In this document: piece after piece, positions 35,562 to 49,900 of the stretch
Layout of the letters: each line of letters starts with the position of its first letter
How positions within the stretch are numbered: the stretch's first letter is position 1
Assembly: GCF_964204645.1 (NCBI RefSeq)
Contig: NC_134026.1
Span: 28,430,150 to 28,494,149 of the forward strand
DNA from: Tubulanus polymorphus
Taxonomy: Eukaryota > Animalia > Nemertea
Length of the DNA stretch: 64,000 nt
Reading direction: 5' to 3'
Made by a program: the position numbers and the translations under genes
The notes under the pieces: model-generated
Told to the model about the DNA's origin: nothing
The model's database searches: none
The model's input: the letters and a program-made list of their open reading frames with translations, nothing else

Positions 35562-36966
35562 GTATCTACACAATACAAGCCGCCATAACCATTCTAAGAC
35601 TACCTTCATTGGCTAGAAATAGGACACTAGAATTAAATGCTAGATCTAAGATTTGAAATAATGTAAATAGAAATGATATTGTAAATATTAAACATTGTGA
35701 GATTTTACCGGTTTTATCACTGACTTATCGTTTTCACTTTACATTACATGAAAAGCTGCAGATTTCCTACAACTAAGTGATTGTTATTTGGAGTTTGGAA
35801 AAATAAAATGTTGTTGATCACATGTCAGTGGAGCATGGGGAGCAACTAGCGGTTTCTTCAAAACGCAGAAACATAGAAATGCAGAAACGTAGAAATTGGT
35901 GTGTTAATTTCACGGACAATAAAGGTCTTTTCGTTACAGCTACATGTTAGTAGGGGCTTTTTGCTTCAAGTTGTTTACGATGAACAGCTTCGTAATTTTG
36001 ATTCGTTATAATTGTTTCAAAGTTACGTCTATGAAGGGATACAAGGATTTCTATGTTGATAAAACTAGTCGACTGGTTTGCCCCTTTTCTTCCTGAACTA
36101 TAAGTTTTATCAGTAACTGGCTGCCTTTTGAATGTTCGATTCTTAGAATTACCATTGAACTTGAAGTTGAATGTAATTCAAGAACATTCTTTTTGATTTA
36201 TTGTTTTAATCGTCGATAGAAAAGTCTTGAGTCCAGACATTAATCATTGTCGGCTTATTAAATGGAGCGTACTATGAAGCTAGTAACTCTTTCCCGGTTT
36301 AGCATTGTGTTGCTGGCGTTTTGGATGTTTACGTTTAATGTTATCAGGGTTCATTAACTCTGAAATGATTCCAACTTTATCCTAAAACTGTCAAAATGAG
36401 ATATTTGTTTGTACCAATGCCGCTCTGTCACCTATTGTAGAATGAATGGAAAATTGCAACCGTTATTCGATCGAGACGAATTGATGAATCAGAAAACTGT
36501 GAGCACATGTTTACCGAGTGATGGGGTAAAGTTCAGAATCTGAGGATTTATGCAAAATAATATCTTGGTACATAAAATACGTTATTTCGAGAAATTATAC
36601 ATATATTTAGGGATGGGTATGCTCTTAATTCAATTAGCACAATTTGAACCGGTGCATTTGTTTTTTTTTGTAAAAACAGTCCAATGCTTTCATCAGCGGA
36701 TAAGATTACGTGTTTGTTCTGCGTCGTAAATCATCGAGTTTATTTATTTTGGTGAAACTTATAATTTCTACTAAAGTCGTTAATTAACATACCACTTTTA
36801 AGAGATCACCTTGGTGTCAGCGTTATCTAACCGGGGCACTACGACTCGCGCCACGCGCTGCAACATAAATCTTAAGCCGACACATCAAAGAGTTCGGTGT
36901 CATAATAGGAGTGGGCCATCTAGTATAAATTTCGATTCTGCTCAGATGTTCAACTCAAACGCGACA

Positions 36967-37831
36967 ATGTATTTTAACGGATTAATCGCGGCATCGCTCC
37001 TCGTGTTATGCGCTGGCGGAGGAAACCAAACCATTGTGAAAAACATGCTGAATGTACTGGAAATAATTCAACAGAGCGTGTCCGGCATAAACAGAATGAT
37101 GGTTGAGGCGCAATACCAGCGGCTCAAAATTCGTGAGTGTTAGTTTCAGCAATCTGCTTTTTTTTCTTAGTTTCTAAGGGGAATGTAGGCCCGTGCCGAG
37201 CTTTTTTGAGGGACAGTACTCTATTTGGCATTATACTTCGAGAAAAAGGCCACTTTTAGAAATATCTTGACCCGAATCTTTTGAGACTGACTCGACTGGA
37301 GGGCACTTTGAAAATACTCGGGGTTCGTTCGTTCCTCCTGGGATGCAAATCAACAGTTTGTCTTCAGGTCGGCAGTTGCTGAGTCTCGGTGATTATTATT
37401 AAAGGATTTCTAGGCGATTTTCTCGTAAATCTTGCATCTATGCCGTTCGATTTTTGATGGATTAAAAAACAAACGGAAAACGATGTAGGTTGAGAACAGT
37501 GTCCGTTCGTGGAGTGCCTGGAGAAATTGGCGTATCGACCCAATCCTGAGACCCATTTCCATCGATTAGATGCAATATATAGCATTAAATGGACAATTGC
37601 ATTCACTTTGTTTTTAGAAATGTTTTTTTTTTCTATTTGTAGATTGCCCTAAAGGATGGATCGGAACGAAAGCGGTTTCCAAATTACACTGCTATAGGGC
37701 GATAAGAATCAAAGACGCAGAAACCGGGGCGACTGCATGCGAACGAATTAATGGAACCTTGGCTGAGTTAAAATCAACGAACGGCCTCTCGATAATTTCA
37801 AATTTACTCGTGTTAAAAACAACGTTCAAAA
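36967..37831 (+). CDS. Secreted C-type lectin-like protein (first two exons; 3' exons unresolved, possibly pseudogenised)
   Basis: TATAAAT at 36924, signal-peptide exon 36967-37132, then exon 37643-37831 CPKGWIG...HCYR...ACERINGTLAEL, typical of a CTLD N-terminus. Confidence 0.55.
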
Positions 37832-40022
37832 GTAAGTATCAAATTTCAAAATGGTGAACGAAAGCTGGAATAATAACAAATGCAAAGACTGAAAAATTGA
37901 ATAGTTAATTCGTGTGTTCATTTCACCCGAGTCTGCATACAATAAACACTAACCACATATTGATTGTTTTGATTGGAATTTCAATTATCAGGTACACGTA
38001 TAGAGTTTAGTTTACAATACTATTTGAACAAAAAGCTGCATTCAGAAGGCGGGAAGTTAGCGCTATGTCAAAAAACAAGAAAACACAAAAAGGTAATCCA
38101 ATTGAAGCATTTTCTTAAACGATAGCAATAGATACTCACGTGACGTCATCGTGCACTTGCTCATTGGTTATATGTCGGTAAATAAGGTCTAATAGACATT
38201 TATATAGTGTCACTTTCCTTGAAGATACCGTCGTTTCTCCATGAAGTTCACTCATTTACCCGAAGAAGCTACTAGTAACGAAAGCGCGTACTTTCAATAA
38301 GAATCTATTCAACGTTCAAAGAGTACTGTCTTCACATTATCGACATAACCATTAGAGGCAGTAATAGATGAAATATTGTTTTCATTATATGATAGAGATT
38401 TTACATAACCTACGAACCTATCGATGTTTCAGGAACAGAATATTCATCTATGATAGTAAATGTTTCGTGCGAAATATACGATCGTACCTTTCATAATGTT
38501 TTCAAATTTAATTTCATCTATTTATCAGGTCAAGAAGAATGCGAAATCTCGTCGGGTGCCGAAGGTCAAGGCGACGTAGCTCACGGAAACGTTTTCGTAT
38601 TTGCATGTATATATATTTGATATGCTCTCGGGATTTTTAAGTCAGACAGAATTATTTTGAGAAATAAATTCATTCATATGCATAATACATTTATTTATAC
38701 ATAGCTCTTCATATTTTTGTATTTTGAGTGTCGAATTTGGAGACTTCGTTTCAGGATTTTCAAGATCACTGGCGGTCGTTTCTTCTACACAAAACTTTGG
38801 ATTATGGGATTGTTGAATTAATGCTTTACAATCAGTATTGAGTTCAAGGATTTCCACAATCGCTATCCCTTCAAAAACTGATCGCCAATTCTCCTACCTG
38901 GACCCGAGGCACTCTTACTTGAAAACTGCAGTTTTTTCCCTGGCCAACAGACATATCGCCGTGCAAGTATGACTTCACTATCAAATGGGGATCGTTTGAC
39001 TGAGGAGATTGGGAACGGGCAATGGATAATTTGAACTGTCGTCCGAAGAAACGACTGAAACAAAGATAACACAAAAAAACCCTATTTCATTTATACAATG
39101 TTAATTTAATTCATTCGCATATATTTTCGTTACATGGATTTTTTTACGCACATGTATAATTACACTTTAATTTATCATATTCATATCACAAAGCCATCAA
39201 TTATTTTTGGACGGGTTGTCCACACTTTCTTTGCAACTGCGCCATCTATCGGTTCCACCTCGTGCGCTTATCAAGAAGTCTGGAACGCGGCGCGGGTCCA
39301 TAGAATCAGTACATTAGTCTCATTACTGAATTACTGAAGGTGAAACGATATCGAAAAGAGTTATTGCGATACGAATTCCACGTATCAACAATTTATTCAA
39401 AGATTAGTAGGCTCTATGAAGCTCTTAACAAATATTCATTGAATACATTAGACGGAACGGATAATCAACTTTCGTTGTTTAAAACATACCATGGACAAAT
39501 ACAGATTGGCGAAGATCGAAATCAACCCGCGCAAACATTCTCATTCAGTGCTGGACAATCTTTAGTTTACTAACGCACTGAGAAAGCCAAGCACCGCAAC
39601 CCATAATCCTCTCCAAATATTCAAAATAATAAACGATACTATTTTACTAGTAAAATATATATATATATATATAATACATACTATTCAACTTCCCAGCTCA
39701 AACATTTGCATTGATAAAAAGACGGAATATCTATCGACCTCGTCGTTATAGATCTGATGTCTACAGCAGTTTCGCTCTATTACGGGATGTTCAAATGGAA
39801 AATATTTTAACGCCATGATTTGATGATTTTTTTTTCAAACATTCATATTGGTCAGCCGCCTGTAGCTTTAACAAGGCGTTGTCTCAAATATACATATAAA
39901 AGTACATATATATTTTCAAACTGCTACATTTTTGTTATAAATAAGCATTCGATGCTCTAATAATATATGTATAATATACTAAACCGAGTTTACATGATTC
40001 AAATGTAATGATGGTTTATAAG

Positions 40023-40958
40023 TCAAGGTATCAATTTCTTGTCAGCGATGAGTTGCTGATTAACTTCATCGCTAACGTTGTACACGATCTTAACTTGGAT
40101 TTTCGGGCGGCAACAAGTGAGTCGGCAGCAAAACGCGGCTTGTACGATACATACTACGGCGTTGATGGATAGAAACACGCACCGAGCAATGAATAGTGTA
40201 GCGTGGTGATTTTTGATGGCAAGGAATTCCTCTTCAGGGGTTTTGATGTACGACATCATGCCCGTGTCATCGGTGACGTATTCTCCGACGTGATTCCACG
40301 CGTCACCGAGTTCCCGTGTGACGTCAGTCATAGCGATGAGCATCGCTACTGAAGCCGAACCCATTGCACAGATTACGCAGAAAACCAAACACGTAACGTG
40401 CAGGGCCATACGCGAGAATCGTCCAGCCACAAATGTGAAAATGGCCGCCAGAAAACAAAGCAGAGTCTCTCCGAATACGATAGATGTGTCTGATTTTCTG
40501 TCTTTAGCATCTCCGGACATGTAGACACCGTCGATTATTAGCAAAACGACACCGCATACCAACTGTAAAGTGCCGATGATGATCGATTTTCGGAAGAAAT
40601 TTGAAACAGCTTCCCAGTTTCCTAGAAATATATAGTTGCTTCAATATCATCTGACGAAACAAAGGTTAACGTAACAAAGCAAGCGGCATATCCCGTAGAA
40701 TATTCCATGTAAAAACAGAAAGGAGGAAATATAAGGTTGATAGACGACACATTTTCGTTCAAGTCCAATTCTAATTTACTCACCTTCACCGTTTATGGGT
40801 TTACTTGTAATACGGGCGTCTCCGAATTCAGAGGATGTAATTTGAATGTGTAGGGCTGCGTTAGAATTTTCGTGTTGGGCTGTTATATGGCCGTGTGGGT
40901 TCTCGTGGCTGTCCACGAGCATTTCATGTTTTTCTGACGCCATTTCTGAGGCCTTCAT
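40023..40958 (-). CDS. MS4A/CD20-like four-transmembrane protein
   Basis: Exons 40958-40784 and 40621-40023. IIIGTLQLVCG resembles the MS4A TM1 motif; four hydrophobic segments and a C-terminal FCCRLTCC. Confidence 0.7.
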
Positions 40959-43900
40959 TCTGAAAGAGACAAAATGTGGTAATGATGAATATGGTAAAAA
41001 CATGTACTTGAATGAATAATAGCGAAAATATATACATAAGGACATCGGTAACTACGTGAAAAGAGAAAGCCAGGTCGATGTGATACGTGTCCTTGCAAAA
41101 CTTTCAGGACTTAATCACAGCGAAGATAGACTCAATCCAAAACTACTGAACGAGTTGCAGTTCATAAAAGGATAAAAATATGTGACACCAGCAGCTGACT
41201 TCATAATCAATGATTGACTACGTGTTAGTTTTATTTTCATTTTATTGTAATCACCACCTAAACCTATATAATGAATGTCAACCTTAAAAATTGATGGCTA
41301 AAAATCCAGAAAACTTTTTAACGATACGTATATATATAAAAATACGATCTTTTGCCTGTGTGATCAAACATTCAAGACGAAATTAGATCGATTCAAAATC
41401 GATTAAGTTGAGACGATGTCATTGTTATTTTGAATAATGAAGAAATAAACGGACGTCATGGACTCGTACAGATGTCCTGAAAACTGGCTACCCTTCAATA
41501 GAGTTGATAAAGCACCATGTAGTCCACTGGACACAATAGCAAGTGATCCAACAGCTTGCAGTATTATCAGTATTCTATAGCGTTCAGGACAGTTGTACTA
41601 AAGTCTTTTGACGTCATGATACACACAGCTGTATCTTCAGCTAGGTTTCCTTCCTTCGCAATAATCCCACAAATATTCACGCTGTCGATATGCTGTTTTT
41701 CTATTACAGACAAACGCCTTTTCTCACTAGCGCGTACGATAGACAACTTTTTACTTTACAACAACAAGGTCAGACAAAAAGAGGATAATTTAGTATGATG
41801 AATATAGGGTCTTTCCACACGGCAAACTCCCAATCCTCTGTCGTATTTGGGTGATATGACAAACCTGTGCGACCGTACACAGGTTCTTCACTCTATCATC
41901 ACACACTTCAGAAAGGGGTACAAAAAATCAAGACCAAATTTTTATCATTGTTCACATTGTCGTGATCACCGATATCATCGACCTACAAATTATCTATATC
42001 ATAAGAATATATATTCGTATGCCCCGAAAATGATTAAAAATTGCTGGTGCGATACTCCAAAGAATTTTTTCCTTGTTGCACGCATGAACACGAAAACTCT
42101 CCTTATAGATTCATCAATGAAAATTCTTATTTACATGACAATTTCATCAACCAAATTTATGATTATGTATAGATCAATTCCTTCCTTTTTTAAACGTAAA
42201 TCGCTTTCAAACCGAACACGACTTGAATTGAAACTGGTTTCTTATCTAAAAGATCAAGTATATATATCATTGTTATCCTAATTCTGGAACAGTTGTGTAA
42301 GGGGATCGGAACTCATTCCGTCGTTCGAAGAATGACTACAGAAAAAAATGAATAAATGCGATTTCAGAATAAAAAGAATCTCAATCGTATTGGATGTCTG
42401 CCAAAGATATTGAGCCACAGGCAGTAAAACCGCCCGTATACCACAGGTTTCTTGATGTCATTAATTGACGAGAACAAAGAATTAACCGCACGAGACTCTA
42501 TTATCGTAAAGTTCAGCCGAGAAGTTCATTAAACATGGTTCAACCAAATGGAGGGGAGGTATAGACCTAATAACTGAACTTAGATGACACTGAACATTAT
42601 AGATAATGAATCAATTGGTATCAAAACAGAATATTTTCGCGAGAACTATAAAATCTAGACCCGTTAGATCTGTGTCGTGCAAGGCTTTAATTTTCATTGA
42701 ACTATAAAGCTACGTAAATTTGTTCTTCGCGATAAATAGAAAACAGGACGGTGCCTTTCCAGGACAAATGTATTTTTAGTGAAAGGCAGCAATTATGCAT
42801 TTAAAACTGGAAAGAAACTTGGCATAAATACGTCATTTATAAACAATAATCTATTAATAAACAAGTTAACCCATAACGCGATTACACGAAATAGTGTCAC
42901 GGAAATCAGCTGATCCAAAACTGGGATTCTAGTTTACCGTGTCATTCAACTACCCTTCACAAATAATACCCACATAGAATTCAAATGAATACTTGAGGAT
43001 GACATGCAAATGTTTAGTTCTTCAATAATACTACGTCTCCCTGCTCGCCCGGACAGGCATGGTAGAGACACTGTTCAAAAAAGATCTCTAGTTTTTAGTC
43101 GACTTTATTTCATATGTCAGTAATTGAAATGAAAGACGAATGTCAAAGTTTCCCGACAACTTAAAAATGGGACATTTTACTGTGTCTGGAAATGATATCA
43201 TATTTAGATAGTTGAGGTCTTGTAATTCGCGCTCAGTCATGATTGCATGTTTTGTGATATTTTTTCCAAAAACAGCTGGTAGTTTAACCTTCTCTAGAAA
43301 TGTAGTATATATATTGTATTGTATGAATAATTCATTCATTAAAAACTTAAATCAACCACTCACATGAACGTCGAATTCGACATTTTTGAAAGATGCAAGA
43401 ATTTGACTACAGTTCAACATTACGTAGTTGTAAAAATAATCCTGATTTGTTCACATATCAGTTTAGAAAAAATTAACAGGATTTGTACCAAAAACTGACA
43501 TGATTATAACATTTGATATGGAGAATTCAATCTGACGTCTAACATTACTACACGATAAGAATAATACTGGTACTTACTTATATCTTGAGAAGTGAAACTA
43601 GAGCGAGGAGTAAAATAGCAGACGATAAACTGTTGAGACCAGACGAGAGATCGAATGAAAGGATAAAATGATTGTCTTCAACGTTACGATGTCCTCGGTT
43701 ATAATGGTTCAACTTTTTCACAGCGAAAAGTTTTATAAGCGAAAATTCCAGGCACCAATTTGGCAATGATGACAATAGTGTGAATTAATAATGTACTAAA
43801 TCTACATCGACGCACATGGAACGCGTGCACACGCAGTCAAGTCACATGACTGTTCTCGGTGTGTACAGTTGGGAGGGTTTCACCGGGAAACAGGTTCAAC

Positions 43901-46900
43901 GATAGTTTACTCTTCAATATATAAACACACTGTTTCCGAGAAAATAGTACGGTATAGAGTGAGTTCTAATTCAACGGATGTGAAATATTAGCAAGCGTTT
44001 TTTTTTTCTGAGTAGGCCTATAAACATAACCAATATATCATTAAAACAACCTCGCTGCTGAGTTCAGAAAAATCCCGATAATAACTCTAAATGTTTGTCC
44101 AAGAAATATTGCAACACAGCGGCTTTTCATGCCTACTGGAAAAGATTGAGATAATACTAGAAAAAACAAGTCGATAATTGGGGATGGATTTTGGAAACAG
44201 AAAAGTTTTATTTCTGTATCGCTTCCAACGGGAACTTTATTATGGTCTTACCTGGTCGACAACACGCCACCGTAAAGATCGAATAATCGCGAAGAACTAA
44301 AACCTAAGAACAATGGTGGGTCAGTGATTAAGATTACCCTACTTGACCCCTGGACCCGTATGACATCAGCAGATCGCGTGACGTAGGCTATAAAACATGG
44401 GGGAGGGGTGATAACAGATTTACCTTGCTTTTAAAAGAGTACACATATGTGGACAAAGAAAAAATTGTACTATGAAAAAATATTGTTTATTTGGATCTCT
44501 TTATTCGTAGCTTCATGTATGTAAAACATCAATACCATCAAACACCTGTGGATTCCGCCGGTTTCGCTAGTCTTTTAGGCAATCAAACAAATCATACTGT
44601 AACTTTCTGGTGTTTCTGGGGATAAGTTTTGATGTGAAACTTGGTGAAACTAACGCGTATGCGTGGAATACGTTCCCTTCACGATCCTCTAGTTAGAGGG
44701 ATACCCGAGAACAATGAATAGATTCTAGTACATGAAAACATTTCAGTGCATATGTCCTGACCATATTTAGTACTTAACCCGCTAGAAATGTCAGATTTCT
44801 GTCTGTACGGCCCGAACAAAAATGTCGTGAGGTATTTACGATTGCGAATATTTGAATACCGGGGTTTCGTTGCACAATCGATATGCAAATAAACTGAAAC
44901 TTTTCTGACACTAAACTACCTTTCAAACTTGTTTTGTACGATCTACTTTCTACCATTCATACTTATTTTGAAGTTTGTAATGACTTCCTTGACTACAGGG
45001 GGCATTGTTCATTCTAAAGACATTTCAAAATTCACTCTAAAATAGGTCACATTGATTAAAATATGAATCTTGTGATTTCAATTGTGCACGACTTTTTAAA
45101 ATGTACTAGAGAGAACTCAAGTGTAAGATAAAAATAATCTTAATTTGTGGTTTTTGTGTCGAGACTAACTATCAATCTTATGTACAAGGAATCATTCGTA
45201 TTTTTAAAATGGCTGATTGCCTTTCACAATCTTTTCGAATACAAAGAATTGAACAATCAGCGGGTCCCAGTCATTTTTTATGGGGCTTGTCGCGTCATAA
45301 AATCAAGTCCAGACGCAATCTAGAAGACAGTTTGCATACTGGTTTCTTACAGAATGACCATAATTTTTATCAGAGAGCTTTTTAGATTGAAAATTAGAAT
45401 TATGATATAATTGAAAACAACAAGACCTAATTATACTGACGAAGAGGGATTACCCGGGATGATAACATTTTCTGAGAAATCGAACAAACATCTGCGAGGC
45501 CGCAGTAATAACTGCAGAGGCGTTAAAATGGTTATTACTGGGAAATGGACGAACGAATCATACGCAACGTAGTTACAATACATCATCATCATCAGATCAT
45601 CATCATTTTATTCAGTGGGGACCGTATTGATATTTGGGCAATGTTCTTGTTATATAGATTTAATCGTATATTTCCATTTTCGATATGATTATTTTCACAT
45701 CATTATATATAACATAACATAGTTCATCTGCTACGGAAACTATTGAATACTGTAAAATGTGATTCTATTCACAGTTCCCGTGTCGTGTGGATTTATAATT
45801 CATTCGCTGATGACCTTTAGTCGAAATCAGAAATCATAAGATTGTTTACATCCGGTGCATATAGTCCCGGTTCACCTCATGACGGCCGCAGTCGTACTTT
45901 AATACTGTTTTTGGTTATAATATATTGAGCCCTATGTGCGGTATTGAATTAAGGAATTCGTTTATATATTCATTTATTTTGCATTGGCGCTTTCTAAACA
46001 ATAACGGTAAACATTCCGGGCCAAAATCCTATTAATTTTGAAATGTTGATTAAGAAATAAAACGTGGCTATCAGACTGTTAAATATCTATTCATAATGAT
46101 TGTGCTATTGCCTCAAATCTTCTTAAGATTATGAAATCTATACACTTCCAATCAACGAAAATAGATTTTCAATAAAATGATATATAATGAAACAATTAAC
46201 TGTTTCGTGGAACAGAAAAACACACTCGTGATTCCTCAATTGTACCGAATTAGCCCGAAAGGCAAAATAATGTCATCTAAACTGGTTAAATAATGATGCA
46301 ATATCGTTCGTCAAAAGTGGTTGACTTATTTTTGCAATTACTAGGTGAGAAAAAATGTTCGTTCAGTGCTAGTGTACTGAGCTCAATGTTATATATATAC
46401 AGCGGCTGCTACGCACGTGGCTGTATATTCAGCAGGTGTCCGATTAACTGATTGAATATTTGATAATATCATAATCTTTGCGTTTACGTGTTCATGTGTG
46501 TATATGTTTATATGGTACCTTGGAGTAATCATTTGATTACTCCCAGATGGCACTAAGGACAACGAGGTACTACATGTATAAAACAATAAATTTGTGTTTA
46601 CTCTCGTAACGATTATGTGTACTTTTTGCAATTCTTTTGAAGAATGACTGAAAACAAGAAAACTAATGTGAGAGTATATTTACGCTTTAAAAAAATGAGA
46701 TATACAATGTATTGCTTAATATATTGTCGATAATGAATGAGATAATCAAGGATAAAAGTTAATTTGAATTCGAAAACATCGACGATTGAATTGACTAGCA
46801 ACCAGTCTAGTCACAATATTGATGACGTATAGTGTACATCCGCTCAAAAATAGTCATCAAATCATTGTACTGAATGACAAAATAAACGCCAATATTCACA

Positions 46901-49900
46901 ATTGTTATTTTCAAGTGCAAAAATTGATGCCGTAGTGCACATCGACTCATACAGTACCCCAAATAACGCATTGTAATAAGCGATGTATAAAAACATCATC
47001 GTAACGGTTTTTACGGCCAGAAAGATGTATCGGTTTTATAATGATGACAAGTATTAGCTTAACATCTGATTAAGAATCGTTTGAAATTGAAATTTCATTC
47101 GTTCATTCGAAATACTCCTATTCAACTAGATAGTAAATTAACACACTGAGTTAGAAAATGTCTTTTATCTGGATTAAGTAGTCGCACAAGTTTCAAACCG
47201 GTTTGAATGATTACACATCGTCGAATACACCATGAACAAAATACTGGCTAAAATATCTCCTTTTTCAGCGAAAAATAATAAGTATGTAAAGTGTGATATT
47301 ATTGCCTTATGCCACATAGCCTCCTATGTTTACTATAACTACTTTCACAGAGAGGATAGAAAATACGACAATATTTCAATCACGTAATTCAATCCATCAA
47401 TATTCAAATGCGCCATCTGAGAAAATAGCCACCAGTACATCATTTTCACGATAATACGTTTTCATATTTAACATTCAATTTGATACATTTTAACTAGAGT
47501 TTGATAATTACGTATCAATTACACAAAAAACAACATAAAGTCCATCGAAATCATATATAGATATATGGACTTCGACTAAAACAAACAAAAATAAGAAAAG
47601 TAAAAAAAATGATAATTTTTGTTTGCGACATTATACGGAAGACACGCGTTGTCTATCGGTCGTGGTTTGTTCGTTTCGAACCCGGTCGTCTCTATACGCC
47701 AGATCGTGTCCTCGACGTTTAACGAGTCACGATCTTAAATAAGTGTACCGAGAGACAATTAATGAAACTCTTAGATAAGATGTAATCAATTAGTTAATCA
47801 TATCCTCACTTGATCATTTCTATTTGATAGATTAGATATAGCTTTAGAGTTATTAGAGTTATGCTCCGTTGTTGAATGTCCTCAGATGCTGAATATATAT
47901 TTCATATCAATGTTGTTAATGATAATGAATCATATATGAATCGTATTTCAACCCTTCATTTGTCTCGTACATTTGTTGCCAATTTGTTGATTTACTGTTC
48001 CAAATATTGCTGCATGTTAAGTACTGGTTTACAAATGAAGCTACAGAGAGCGCTGTTTATATCGGTAGACAACTCGTCAGTACTGATCCTACTCGCGATT
48101 ACCTCCAGACGAACACGGCCGTGTTTATCGGATACGATCTTATCTTCGAAAAACTGTCGTAAGTTAGATATTTTTCCAAATGAAGATCTGTCTTCAGTTC
48201 ATTATTTATGTATGTGGTGTCATTTTAACCTAGAAAAGAATTTCCAAAATCTGCTGCATCCACTTTTCACTTCACGTTGACTGATGTTAAAATGCCGCCA
48301 CTGGCTCATGTCATAAAGTCTTGTTATTGTGAACAGATATTTCAAAGAATAGTAATTTTTCATTTCGATATTGCATTCGTTTGTGTTAATGTCTGAAGAA
48401 TTCATGACAACCTTGGATATCCATCTAGTAATAAATAGGAAAATACGATATCTGTACAATGAACAATAACATAAGTACAAACTAACTTTATTGATACAAT
48501 CCACGAAAAAGAAATTTGGTGGTTGCGCTTAATTTTCACCCGGACAATGCTAAGATATTTAAAGTGAAAGTTTCAATATCAGATCAGAAACCAGGAAAAA
48601 CAAAAGGCGAGCGGAGCTGGTAATATCGTACGATGAAAAAAGGGGTTAATTCGGTGTAAATGTTCAATTTACTTTTATGTATCCAAAGGAGGCGGGAGAC
48701 CACTGTCACCCGAAACACTTATGTAGCATTACATCCGTTAATCTTGGCTGCTAATTGACACTGTCTGCATGAAGGTCAGTTGCCAACTAACGAGAATTGG
48801 TAACAAGTCTGTATGACACGTTCATAAATCGAGTGATAAGTTGGAAGGATAGATTGCAATTTCTGTCCTTAGCCATTCAATAATGAATGATTTCATATGT
48901 TAGAACACACACAATCATCTAAATCTGTTTAAATAGTTATTTCTAGCGCTAGCATTTTTTATGCAAACGTAAAATACTTAAACTTGTCTGTTTGAGATAT
49001 TCGAAGAGGACTTCGAAACGACAGGGTAAATATGAACTTTCTCATTATGGAAAGTAGTTTAAGTATGATTCCAGTAAATGAAAGTCCACGTACTATGTAG
49101 AATAAGAGCACTCTTTGACAATACCCCAGTTACATGTACTGCGTTCTCTCACGGTCCTACACACATCGATCAAATATCAGAAAAGTCCCTCTTTAATTTT
49201 AAAAGACACTCGTTGATAACAATGAGTCTACAACAACGTGCTGCTTTTGACCTGTTTATATGATCTCTCATAAATATTTGAGTGGTGAATATTCAATGTA
49301 CAATAATAGCTCGCGAGAATTGATGCGGGGTGTTTTCTCGCGTTTCTTCTACAGTTGCTTTCAAGACGAAAAATCATTTACTTGATTACGTTGGCTTTTT
49401 CGCGATATTGAACGTTGTCAGGCGAGTCAATGTAAATATGGACGAAACCAATCAAGAAGGCAACGCATCGCACACCTTGTAGTACATGAAGCGTTGTCGC
49501 CTCATTCCTCCCTAGATTTAATCAAACTACATTCCTCTTTCGTCGTTTGTTGACGGTATGTGGGTATTACATAGCAACAATTCATATTCAGGACAAGACG
49601 GACCAATTCCAATCACGGGGTAAATGTAGACACTGGTTATGTCGGGACATACTTACTGTTTTTCTTGAATTATTACCTGTAAGTAATAGTGCGCTGATAC
49701 CGGATAAACACACCCACAGTATCTGTCTGAAATTAGGGAATATGCGAGGAAGTCGCATTATGACGAAGACGAGCAGAGACTAAAAGACATTGACAGTGAA
49801 ACGTGAGCGAGAGATTTGGGTTCGAGACTTATTACGAATCGCAGCATTGAAGGAACCTTACCGATAATGATGTACGGCGGAAAAGACGTCAGAAGGAAAA

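Noticed and set aside
41500-42290. Coding-looking stretches including ORF 41847-42281
   Set aside because: No recognisable domain, frequent stops on the other strand and no splice chain; at best an unidentifiable relic.
45808-45830. CTGATGA...GAAA hammerhead-like core (also CTGATGAG near 59203)
   Set aside because: No stem II can form after the core, and there are no matching stems I and III.
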